Below are positions 51,889-64,000 of a DNA stretch of 64,000 nt, one piece after another (position 1 is the first letter of the stretch; each line of letters begins with the position of its first letter). Source of the DNA: Kudoa neothunni (taxonomy: Eukaryota > Animalia > Cnidaria); NCBI GenBank assembly GCA_964304625.1, contig OZ199839.1:6277200-6341199 (forward strand), given 5' to 3'. The notes beneath the pieces were generated by a model. The model was not told the origin of the DNA. It ran no database searches and saw only the letters and a program-made list of their open reading frames with translations. Position numbers and translations under genes: made by a program.

Positions 51889-54800
51889 TTATAAATCGTA
51901 AGCAGCGTCTTGGGATTTCCTTCGGAACATGACCAAACCTATCACTACTAGCAATGCTCCTACGATTGGTATCATTGCGTAACAACTAGAAAGAATTATT
52001 CCAAAAGATTACACAAAATTATCATTACATGTATTTTCCAACAGACCTAAATTAAATTAATTTAAAAATTGAAATATTATTTAAAATACGAATGACTGTT
52101 TTTGGCGGTCTCATATTCGTGATTTCTTTCACTATCTACAAATTTTTTTAATTCAGTTGATTATCATAAATTTACTAAAAATATATCAGGAAAATTAGGA
52201 AACATGTAGTGTACCCTCTTGCAATCTTTACAATCTTCTTTTGAAAGATATCACCTACGTCAGTGTTGGTATATTCACTTCTTATATTTTGCTCTTCTGC
52301 TGGTGTTAGTTTCAAAATAATCCATAAAAATTTACTAAACAATATATTAAAATAATTTAAAAATATTTTTTTTTACCCTGAATGTTTTGATATTTTTGAG
52401 TCTTTCAATACATCATATTATTAGTTAACCAAAAACAATAAGTAAGATATTAATTTCAAAATCACATGGAATCTCGTGAATTTTATATTTCGATAAATCC
52501 TTCACTTTCACACTCAACCTATAATCTTTTTCCCTGGATAATCCGTAGATACCAATATTACAACCGTTGGATGAACATTCTTCTTCGTCATCATTACACC
52601 AAAAAACTATTGGTTTTGTATTGGTATCGTCTGTTATCTCGTGAAACATAAAAGGGCATTTAGAAGTTTCCTTTTTATCAGTAAACAATACATTAATTGC
52701 TATACCACTATCACCATAAGATGTGTAAGTAACCGATGTATCGACGTTAACTATTAATTATTTTATAATAATACAATCAAAAATCTATTACTAGTAGTAA
52801 TATCGAAGGTTCTTAGGCCTTTGCCATCAGATGGCTCCACAGAAACATCATATGTTATTCCCAATTCAAGGTTAACAATTTTCAATGGACTGTCACATTT
52901 ATTTTCACAGGCTCCTATTCCTTCACACGAAGCCATAAATTTTGCATTTGAATCATCTCTTTTCTGGAGATAAATTCTGCATAATGGAAGCGAATTTTCT
53001 GCTTGAAAAGGCGTAACTGACGCAGTGGTTGCTTCTATAAATTTTTGAGAAGTTGAATGTGTTAACTGTTCTCCATTGGCTAAATACACTTTGTAACATG
53101 ATTATAAGCTGCATTTACTTGTTCTAAAAGAAACTTTTTTGATATAATCATTATTCACACCAAGGTTTGTAACTGTTACTGTAATTATATAACTTGTACC
53201 AGCCGAGAGGCCAGTAATCAAATATGACTGGGCACAGTTTTCGTCACATTCAACATTACTACATTGAGCCATGACTTCAGTAGATATAGTATTTTCTCTA
53301 GATATTTTAATTGTGCATTAGGGATTATTTTCTTTTTTTATATTATTGTAATTTTGAAGCCCAATAAGTTTGACACTATTACTCGTTATGTCAGTGAGAT
53401 TAAAGCCAATATCGTTTCCTAAAAATGTTATATTTATATTTCTGGATTTCAATTACTTCTGAAGTATTGTTTGAAACCAGTCGAATCAAATCTTCTTTTT
53501 ACGATTACACCAACATTTTGATGGTCTCCTGTGAAGTTAATAATAGCATCTTGACAAAGTTGATAGCAACCATTCTTTTAATTTTCACAGACGTTCAAAA
53601 CATTCTCTGTTTTATCTGCACCAGCAAAATTCACTTCAAATATACTAATTTGGCACATTTCGTCATTATGGGGACCAGGAGAAAATTGATTTTTCAATTT
53701 ATTATTGTTATTTTCAACTGCGGACACAGAATAAATAATCTCTAATTTTAGAGGAATAGTGTCATTAAATAAGGTAGTATTCGTAAAATAATAAATTCCT
53801 GGCCACAAAAGTGTTGAGTTAATATTATAATAAGGAAGTGGCTATATCTCAGGTAATCAATATCTCTAAAACTACTCAATATTGTTTTCCCATATTCCAC
53901 ATATCATCTTATATTTATCTAACTTAAGTTTTTGTAGATTTTTGAAAAATTAAAAAAAAATTATTTTTTCTTTGTGTGACCATACACAAGTCCAACAGTA
54001 GCTGGGTGCGATTTTTTATTTTTTTAATATAATTTCATCAATTAACATCATTATGCACAAAATATAGAAATAATAATAAATTTCTGAGTTATGTATAACT
54101 TGAGAGCGCAATTTCTCTTTCTAATTAGCGTGGCACAGGATGAGTTCAAATTTGTTTGCAATTGGAAAACGATTTCGTTCTTTCGAGAAACTCGATAATG
54201 CTATAAAAAATTACGAAGAATCAAACTTTTGCAATCTTTATAAATACCAAGCGAGGACTATTTCGAATATTCGAAATAGAATTACAAAATCAATTGACCA
54301 ATCTCTGCGGTATTATGAAATTACATATCGTTGTATTTTCAGTGGCAAGAATAAAACAAAATCCGATGGAATTAGAAACAAACCGGAATTAAAGGGAAAC
54401 TGCCCCGTAGTTTTATCTCTTAGGACCTCTGTTGGTGATGTAGCACTTGAAATACGTTCTAGTATATTAGAACATAATCATGATTTAAGTGCAATGCTAT
54501 ATCGAAATCTACCAAAACAACGAAAAATTGACCTAAATGACCTAAATCTCGCGGAATTAATTCACCTTAGGGCCAATAAAAAATTAATTCAAAATAAAAT
54601 TTACAACGAAACGGGTAAAAACATCCGTTTGAAATCCATCCACAATATTAGAGCAAACAAAGACTCATTCTGTGATAACTTATGTGTAATAGAGAAAATG
54701 TTGAAAGAAGATTTCAAATGTTACTTTAGGATTTTATATGATAATCATAAAGTCGTTAATGGAATTTTATCCTGAGGTTATGTTCGTTGATGCAACTTAT

Positions 54801-57800
54801 AAACTCCTTAATTCAAGGTAACTTTTGAAAACGGATGAATAATTTTATAATTTTAGGGCCCCGTTATACATATCTGCTGGGGAGGATTCTTTTGGTTTGA
54901 CTCATATTTCGAGTGCCTGCATTCTCTACGACGAGACGGAAGATTCCATCCAATGGTTTTGTAATACTTTGGCAAAATTTATACCAAACTTATCAAAAAA
55001 TGTACATACCATTGTTACAGATAAGGATGAAAAGCTAAGAAAATGTCTCAAATTAAGTTTTCCACTATCATCATTCATTTTATGTAAATTTCATGTGAAT
55101 CAAATTTTTCAAAGACATCACCTTTAACAAATTTGAAATATCTTCTACTAAAAGACAAGAGATTTTAAGTTGTTTACAAAAAATGATGTACCCGACTGAC
55201 TACAATAAATATTTACATTACGTTGACCAGATTCACGATTTTAAAAATCCCAAATTAAGTGAATATTTCAAAAGAAATTGGGAAGGAATATACAATGAAT
55301 GGGTCATTGATATCAGCAATACGAAAAATCTTTACGACAACGAAACCAATAATCGCCTTGAAGTAATAAATTCCAAAATTAAGTGTTGGCCAACTTCATC
55401 CAAAGTTTTTTTTAAATTCTAAGTTCACTTAGAATTGAAAGGGAAGTTTCTTCAATTAATCAACTGTATTATGAATCAAAAGATATTCTCAACAACAACC
55501 AGGTTCTACACTATAAAGAATGTCTGACGAAGTATGCATTTATCATGCTTCGAAAAGAACATAAATTCTTGGACAATGCTGCATTATCCTCTAACTCAAA
55601 TGAAACCACAAGTCGATCAACGTGTCATTGTTTATTTTATCGCTCATTTTCATTACCATGTCGCCATATTCTAAGTTACAGGTTATCAGAAAAACTCCCG
55701 TTATTCTGTGAAACATTATGCAATGATCGATGGAAAAAGGCATACGGAATGAAGTTTTTAAATGCGGAATCTACAACTCAAAATAATACAGAAAATCTTC
55801 CCACTGTTTTTCTTGAAAAGAAACAAAAAATTAACATAAAGACATTTGGACAAAAGTTGAAGTACGCTTCAAATTTTACAACCAAACTAACCAACACAAC
55901 TTCCGAATTTTGCGGAGAATTTTTCGAAAAATCAATAAAATCAATAAATCTATTGGAAAAAATAATTAGAAATCACGATGTCATGGTTATCGATCAGTTC
56001 CTTGATACATATGATTTTTGTTTATAAATGAAATATTAAATTTTATATAATTAAAGATGAAACTGAATTTCAAGAAAATGTGTAAAATTTATAATTTTAC
56101 TTTAACTAATAAAAATTAGGAGTCATCGATAAATTTAATAGAAATCTCACTTACCAAAATACCAAAACTTAATTCCAGTGATGGTTTTAATCCTCTGGAA
56201 GAACAAATTGATTGTAACGATGAATCAAACGCCATCGTAGAACCTCAATTAAAAGGTTAAACCTAAAAAAAATTATGCTAATTTTTGTTTAGATCTAGTG
56301 ATTCCTTCTAAAGTTACATCGATTGGTCGACCACGAGGAAGTCGTTTAACTGCAATCGGAATTATAAAGAAAAAGAAATAAAATTAGAAACTTTAAAATT
56401 AAATATATAAAAAAATTTAATTTTGAGAATAATCCTCTACATGTGTCATATGATAGCTGTTTTATTGAGTGATCGCTTAAACTAATAATTAAATCCATTA
56501 TTAGTTTTATTTCATATAACGTGAAAAATGTTAATTTCTTAAAAAAAAGACAAACATTATTATTATTTCTATATTTTGTGTATAATGATGCTAATTGATG
56601 AAATTATATTAAAAAAATAAAAAATCGTGCCCAGCTGCTGCTGGACTTGTGTATGGTCACACAAAGAAAAAATAATTTTTTTTTAATTTTTCAAAAATCT
56701 ACAAAAACTTAAGTTAGATAAATATAAGATGATATGTGGAATATGGGAAAACAATATTGAGTAGGTAGTTTTAGAGATATTGATTACCTGAGATATAGCC
56801 ACTACCTTATAATAACTCATGTATCTATCAACTAAGAAATTTGCAGACTTATATGTCAATGTATCAGAGTAACTGGTTACAATCAGATTGCCTTTTTCTG
56901 AATTGCTAAATGAGTCTTTTTCTCCATCGGCATACACCGTCCATTCGGTTTTTGAGTTTGTTTTGTAGGAAAAACGAACTTTACCATCTGTGTGAGCTAT
57001 ACAGTAAGTATGCTTTTGATTATAATCTAAAAAAATTTAATTTTAATTTACCGATAAAATAGTATTCATTTCAAAATTTGTTATAATGTAAAAAAATAAT
57101 ATTTATTATAATTACCCATTTTTATTGGAAAAACTCTAGATTTTTTGCAGAATTTCGCTCGCATCAGTACCATTACTGCCATAACATACTGATAGATAAC
57201 GATCAATTTTGGAATTAACATATCCAATTTGAACATTCTGCGACGTGCAATCAGTTATGCAGAAGTTATTGTCAGTGTTCGTTGTACAACATGGCTTCAC
57301 AAAACTAGTGAGATCTTCGAAATTGGATAGTTTTAGGACACATTTATTCCCAGTTGGAAATTCTGATAGTCTAACATAGATTATCCCAATTTCGTTATTA
57401 ACTGCTTTTTCAAATTTTTGATGTAGTTTCCCATGTCGAGAGTGGGCTATTCATAATGTTACAAAAATTATTTATATTTTATTTACCCGGAATTTCTAAT
57501 TTAAATGGTGGTGATTGGTTATGTGCATATATCATTAATCTGTAATTATGTTTATTACTATATATGCCCGAACCAAACTGAATATCATTGCATTTTTTTC
57601 GACTACTGGATGAAGCATCACATTCAACGCAAGACTTTTGTATCTTCGTTGGTGAGGCTAAAAAACAAATTAAAAGATTATTTACTTTTATTATTACTGT
57701 TCCCTTCTTTATGCATATAAAATTGATAATAACAGTCAGTACCTGAATCATTCTCGATATTTTCTGTCGGTATTATTTTTAGATTTTTACCTGTTGTCTC

Positions 57801-60800
57801 AGGTGAAAATTGGAATTCAATTGTTTTACCAGTTAATTATAATTATTCATGAAATCATAATCGGAATATTGTTACTTGTTTTCTGGCTTTCTAGAGTATG
57901 AACCTTATAGCTGCCACTAGGTACAATCATAATATCATAGGTGGCGCCAGAGTACAATCCAATGATAGTAAACTGCGAATTACACTTTTTTACACACAAT
58001 TCTTTTTCTTCGCATATAGCTGGATAATAATATAATTTATCATGTTCTCTCACGTAAATTGAACATGTGTATTTTGAAGCTGCATTATCTGGAGTAAGTG
58101 TGAATCCATTCGTTGCTGGCGTAACCGATATTGACCCACTAGAAGGAGCAGTTGTTTGATCTAAATTAGTCAAATAATTTGCTAGATCTACAAAAACTAC
58201 CAGTTTTATGATAAAATTATTTTCTAGGAGAATAGCTAGGTATATTTGATATTGTTATCATAATATCATTTGGCAAATCAGTAGGATTAGTTGTAATACT
58301 CATGTCTCCAAAGTTGCAGTTACTAGATGGGTTAGTATCTTTTCTCCCAGTTTCCTTAACCAAAGGAGCGTATACATTCCAGATTTTTAATTCACATGCT
58401 ACAGTAGATGCGCTGTTGATAGCTAGACCATCTTCGTCTTTATTTTTATCGCTCATATTTACTTTGATTTTACTGTCATCAGATGTAGTCACGGACGTAT
58501 CATTGCCATGTTTCACTAGAATATATATTTATATAATACATCATTTTAACGATTACGTATGTAAATGTTATTTTGGTAACCAACGATAGGTTCCATCCCT
58601 AATTTGAGAACGCGTATTTTTACTGCTTTTACACCCGTTGGAATATCTCCAAATGTAACGTTACTACACAAACTAAAAAGGCAGTTTGCATTATTATCGC
58701 AGGTGTTTGAGAAAAATCTATTAGTAGATGATGCAGTCGCGTCAATCCATTCAAAAGAACATATTTCAGAAGGCTCTTCGTTAACTAATTTTATCGTTAA
58801 CTTATTAACTGGATCACTGACAGCAATTTCATAATAAAATCTGTTTAAGGCTGGTGCATTGTTTTTTACAAATGTGTTGTCATAGAAGTAATGAAAGTCA
58901 AAATATTTTGGGCAACTTATGTAATAGTCTTCAACTAGTTCATCAAATTGAATTGAGTAGCTTTCAGTGCTACACTGTGTCTCAGATTGAGCTCCAGAGG
59001 TGGGATTAAGCTTAACTTCATCCTTATACCTATCACAATTAAGCAAGCATTTATTAGCGTCTAATTTTATATTTTCCCCTTCAATTCTTGCCAAATGCCT
59101 TATCTCCTCGTAAGAATCAACAAAATTATATTAATTTGTCAAATTAGATTTACATATGTAGTATGAAAAGACTTTTCCTACAGTGAACTTGATAGGAGAT
59201 GGTGGCGGTGGAACGTGTGCCGGCGTTGATCCCTCTTGTTCGTTGTTAACCAAAGCGTCTTTTTTATCCTCGTTTTCTTCTGTCCCATCTTTCTGGGTTC
59301 CTTTGCTATTCAGATCAGTATCCTGTTTTTTTCCTGTTACCCTTTGTGGGTCACCTGATTCGCCTGATCCATGCCCTTCTGACTCCCTAGGGCCTGAGAG
59401 TGTCGGCCCTTCTGACCTTTCTATGGAAGATTTAGAAAGATGAGTCTTTTCCCCATCTACGTAATCGCCATGGAACATTTCTCCAATAGTTGCTTTATTC
59501 AGAGTTGATAAATTAATTGCTGACTTAGCAGTGGAAGATTTTTCATCCGAATACATAACTGAAATATAATTTAGTTTGTTTTCATTACTAATATCAATAA
59601 TAACTTCTGTTTCAAGTTGGTTGCAATCTTTTTCGATTGCTGAACTACTGTCACCTGCATTGACGTATACAGACAACTCATTGTTAGACTTTTTAATCGT
59701 GCATTTTTTATCATTTTTCTCGAATAAAGTACCTTTAAATCCCACCTTATATTTACTTTGTGTTCTATCGTATATTAGAATCATATCGCCCGCCCCCTTT
59801 TCAGCGTCTCCTAATTAAATATACTTAAAGCTAAATTACTTATTTAATAACTTTTTATTTCCTCTTTCATTGGTTTTGCATTATCTATATTTATCGTGAC
59901 TAATTCGTATACAACTTCTGGGTCAATAGTAGACCATGGAATTTCTAATTTCGTTGATCCGCCACTTGTTCGTACTCCAGGATTGCAATCGATATTTAAA
60001 CAATCCAATATAATTTTCTTTGTATCTTTTTCCAATAGAGTATAACGCCAGGAATTCCCAATATTTTCATTAGAAGTAACAGACATTGTAGCCACAATCT
60101 TTTGTGTTGGAGTTTCGTCTGATTTAGTTATTGTAACAGTACTGTCACTAGCTATTTAAATTAGGCAATATTTAACTTAAATAAAAATTACTTGATACGG
60201 AGTTACTCTCGGCACATGTGTAACCTTTGGAGCAGACAATTATTTTGTAATTTGTTTTAGGATCAAGATTTATAATTGTGAATTCACTAGTACAAATGCC
60301 CAAACAAAAAAATTTGTTTGAATCTTTTTCACAGGTAGCAGGTAACTTGGATTTCTCATTTTCCACCGAATAATACAGTTCACATTCTGCGTTGTTATTA
60401 TTAGATCCAGCAGTGAAAAGACTAGTTGGAGCTAATGTCAATTTTGTGTTTCCAACACCGACCGATGGTGTTATTTGCTTACCATTGCTAAACTCAATTC
60501 CTATTCAACATTTAGATATATTTTTAAAAATCGTTATACCTTTTGTTTTGAAATAAAAATATCGGTGATAATGCTTCACTTCAGGGGAGTCTACGGTGTT
60601 TAGTCCCGTTATTTTTAACTTTAAAATGTATTCAGTTAACGGTTCAAGTCCTGTTATAGTTTTTGAACTGAATGAAGTACAGTCATTTTCACATGTTACG
60701 TTATCTCCAATACTATCAGTTCCCATAAACTTCTTTATTAATTTTACATCTGTGATTTTTGCTGCACCTACTGCACTATCAGCATCTTCATTTTTATTTA

Positions 60801-61645
60801 ATTCTGAAAGATTAACTGTAATTCGATTATTTTGTTTATCCGAAAAAACGTCAGTGGGTTGATTATTACGAACTACGAGATTTTATAAAAATTATAAAAT
60901 AATCATTAAATTACAAGTAACAGTTTGAATAAATTCCTTTGAATATGACTTTCCAACTGATTTTACAAGAACTTGAGCAAAATTCAAATCAGAGTCATAG
61001 AATAATGTCGCCTTGTAACAGGGTTGAAGACAGGGGCCAGCTTTATTCCTTATAGAGCAATAAGATGAACACCGCAAATCGTTTATATCTTTTATTCCAA
61101 AATAACATAACTTGGACGGTTCGGGATTTTGGAGTGTTATTGTGAAATAGTGCTTATTATCAGATTCTGATTTTGATCCAGACGCAATAAACCAATCTTC
61201 AAAAGGTTTTTTTGGGATTAAGAAATATTTCTGGCGATTTATCATTGAATTCAATAATATATCTTGGTTGATACGATTTGGTTTTAAGATTAATTGATTT
61301 CTCTGTATTAAAATCGTTACTTGTATTATGAGTAAATTCTTCAATAGAGTCAGCTTTCACTTTGAAACCTTTGTTAATTTTACTCTTAATGGAAACGGCA
61401 AATTGGTTATTTGATTTTTCTACGCCAGTATAGTTTGAAGATAAATATCTCATAACTTGATTTATACAATAACAGACATAATTGATGTTACCCTTGACCT
61501 TATAAACTCTCTTGATAGGACAATTTTTGACATCATCTTCAGTTTTTCCTTGACACCATCTTAGATATTTCATTTTCTCAAATTCATCCCGGCTGAATTT
61601 TAATTCCACTTTTTTACAATCGTAAATGCATATGTTTGAATTGGA
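51889..61645 (-). pseudogene. Paralog C: B-like surface-protein pseudogene
   Basis: Collinear with B and ends RRKSQDAAYDL*. Lesions: 5' end absent, frameshift at ~61205 (A7 vs A6), stops at 58217 (TAC>TAA) and ~53317 (CAA>TAA), frameshift at ~53580, MULE insertion. Confidence 0.9.
53834..56806 (+). mobile_element. MULE defective copy 2, inserted in an exon of paralog C
   Basis: Perfect 9-bp TSD TTATAATAA (53825-53833, 56807-56815); near-identical to 15607-18643; splits DRYMSYYN|INSTLLWPG. Confidence 0.95.
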
Positions 61646-63252
61646 ATAAATTTTGACGCATATGCGTACTTGCTGGCACGCACACACACGGACATTTCAG
61701 TTTTATATGTATAGTAGACTAGCGCAAAAACCCCGCTTCGGTTGCGTTTCCTTTCCCGACCACCCTGATAAAAGCCGTGAGCAGGCGAAGGTCATTTTAA
61801 GTTCAAAGTTAATTATAATTATCTTATCGACCTTTCTATAACAGTCATGATCGAAATAAACAGCAATGACCCGATCATCCTCACTTTTTTCGTTATTGGA
61901 CTTTATTTTCATTTAGAAATCATAAGTTCTTACAAATCATGAGGCGTATTAATCGTTTTACCTAACCCGTCGATGAACTAACTAATCTAAAAGTTTGTTA
62001 ACAATGTTTTACTCAATCAAAACGTTCTAACATAATTTTATATTCATTTAAAAAAAATATAAAAATTTTTAACTTTAACTAAACATGCAAAGTAAATAAT
62101 ATATTCAAGCGTATTAATTTATTAATTTCCCGTTTAAGCAACAAATCTTTGTTTGCACCGAAACCCCGCCTATGCACGAACAAATGTTGTAATTCGTCTT
62201 AAATACGTTCAAAAGTAGAAAAGAGTAAACTTTCAAAGTTTCAGTTGTATATAAATACAGAAAATTAGAGTTATCTACGAATATCATTGAACATTGTAGC
62301 GAATCATGTGCAGTGGTAATCTCATTGTATCAGCGCTAATCTGTTTGAATAAAGTTTACACTACAAATTAACCGCTTTATTAGAAAGTAGACAATCCCGT
62401 CGTATTTTTGTAGTTAATTTTGTATTTTTTAAAGTATATCACGAAAATCAAATAGTCTAAAAAGTCTCTGTATAAGAATATAATTTACACACACACGGAC
62501 ACTACTACTTTATATATTAGGATATATTAGGATAGATAGATAGATATAGATATAGATAATGACCTAGAGGAAGGAAAACCTATTGAAACATTGGACACAA
62601 CAAACGTATTGAGCTCATTTTCGCACTTTATAAGAGAAGAGATGCTCGAAGAAATTTTATCGTTCACAAACCGTAAAGGTCTCGAAAAATATAATGACCC
62701 GTAGAAAATCTTAAATTGCATCGAATTAAAAGCTTTCTTAGGATTGCTGTTATTGGCTGGTGCCTATAAATCAAACCTAGAGTGTACAATGATTCTGTGG
62801 CATGAAATTCAAGGAAGATCATTATTTCGCGCCATAATAAGTGAAATAAGATTTCAAAAAATCTTAAACTTCTTGCGCTTTGATGAACATTGGAAGCGTA
62901 AAAAGTTCCCAAATTCAGTTGATAAATTTTCCCCCGCCAGGGAACTGTTTGGAAATTTTTCGGAAATCTGTAAGAATAGTTATATCCCTGGACCTAATTT
63001 GACCGTAGATAAAAACAACTATATCCGTTCCGAGGGAGTGTATCATTTCTTGTTTACATACTAAAAAACCATCCAAATATGGGCTAAAATTTTGGATCGT
63101 ATGTGATAGTCAAACGCGTTACGTATCCAACGTTTTGCCTTACTTGGGTAAAATTGATGAATGCCGTGAAACAAATCTATGTTTTAAAGTTGTCATTGAT
63201 TTGACTCAACATTTGTTGAAATCGGGAAAAACTATTACATGCAATAATTATT
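61643..63252 (+). repeat. Near-identical direct copy of 35827-~37435 (Helitron-1 5' tip + Helitron-2 + piggyBac fragment)
   Basis: Sequences match from ggaataaattttgacgca to tgcaataattatt with few substitutions. Confidence 0.93.
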
Positions 63253-64000
63253 GGCAGTGTCTATTTTGCCGGACGCGCTTTTTCTCTTAAAATAATAATT
63301 CAATCGCTACAATTTTTTCCTAAAAATATCTTTTATAAATGCAGAATATAAATTTAGTTTCATTTATCTTTTAATTAATAATTAGGTATCAACATACATT
63401 GAGGATATTTTAAACTCATTCATAAGTTTCATTATAAATGACATTAAATTTTTATAAATCTGTATTATTTATACAATTAATCCAATTTTATGTGTTATAA
63501 CAGCATAAACGAGTAAAATACCCTCTAGCGTGCGGTTGTAACTTTGATAGTCGCGAGTAGAATCACTATGGAAGGAGAGTCTGATCAAACACTACTAATT
63601 CAGGATATTACATCTGAACCTATTGTCGGAAATGCATTTAAAAACTTTGAAAAGGCTAAAGAATTCATGGATAAGTACTCAAAGCGGAACAACTTTTGTT
63701 ACTGGATCCGAGACTCTAGAAAAATCTCAACTGCCCTAAAAAAATTTGATAGAGACATGAACTCTGATCTTGTTTATTATGAAGCCACTTTTTGTTGTGT
63801 TCATGGTGGTAAAAATGTAATTATCTATATAAAAATTGATGTAATTAATTTGAATTCAGATACAATCTAAAAGTGCTGGGAAGAGAAAAATCAACAGCCA
63901 TAAAAGTGGTTGCAATTTTTTCATTACACTGCGAGTTCCTAAAAACATAAATATGTTAGTTATTAGAAAATTGGATCTTACTCACAGCTGCAACAGAAAT
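63253..64000 (+). mobile_element. Second MULE family (FAR1/WRKY-like N-terminus), runs off the window
   Basis: Begins GGCAGTG where piggyBac homology breaks. FKNFEKAKEFMDKY...YYEATFCCVHGGK resembles FRSFKKLDNAIKNY...YYEITYRCIFSGK of the other MULE. Confidence 0.75.

Noticed and set aside
1-64000. CRISPR arrays, rRNA/tRNA genes or prokaryotic systems; a firm species assignment
   Set aside because: No repeat-spacer array or recognisable RNA gene seen. The DNA is intron-rich and eukaryotic, and the IS1595-like ORF is a Merlin element. No diagnostic taxonomic marker is present.

Overview
AT-rich eukaryotic genomic DNA with the standard code and very short GT-AG introns (mostly ~35-50 nt). It resembles a compact animal-parasite genome such as a myxozoan or orthonectid, but that is inference only. 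The main content is a clustered family of multi-exon genes for cysteine-rich type I membrane proteins that I do not recognise. Each has a signal peptide, tandem disulfide-rich FN3-like modules, one TM helix and a tiny cytoplasmic tail. There are two long, apparently intact paralogs (A 3879-10796 +, B 27415-34410 +), one long pseudogene (C 51889-61645 -) and a short divergent member (D 19017-22031 -). The long paralogs are patchwork mosaics of near-identical and highly divergent segments and carry a hypervariable loop, so the cluster looks like a variant surface-protein repertoire. Between B and C lies a divergent importin-5/karyopherin-beta-like gene with a 1145-bp tandem duplication that stays in frame only after splicing. 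The rest is nested transposons: non-autonomous Helitrons (including a head-to-tail pair), Mutator-like, piggyBac, Merlin, Tigger/pogo, Gypsy and hAT remnants. Gene models were spliced by eye, so internal exon boundaries are approximate.
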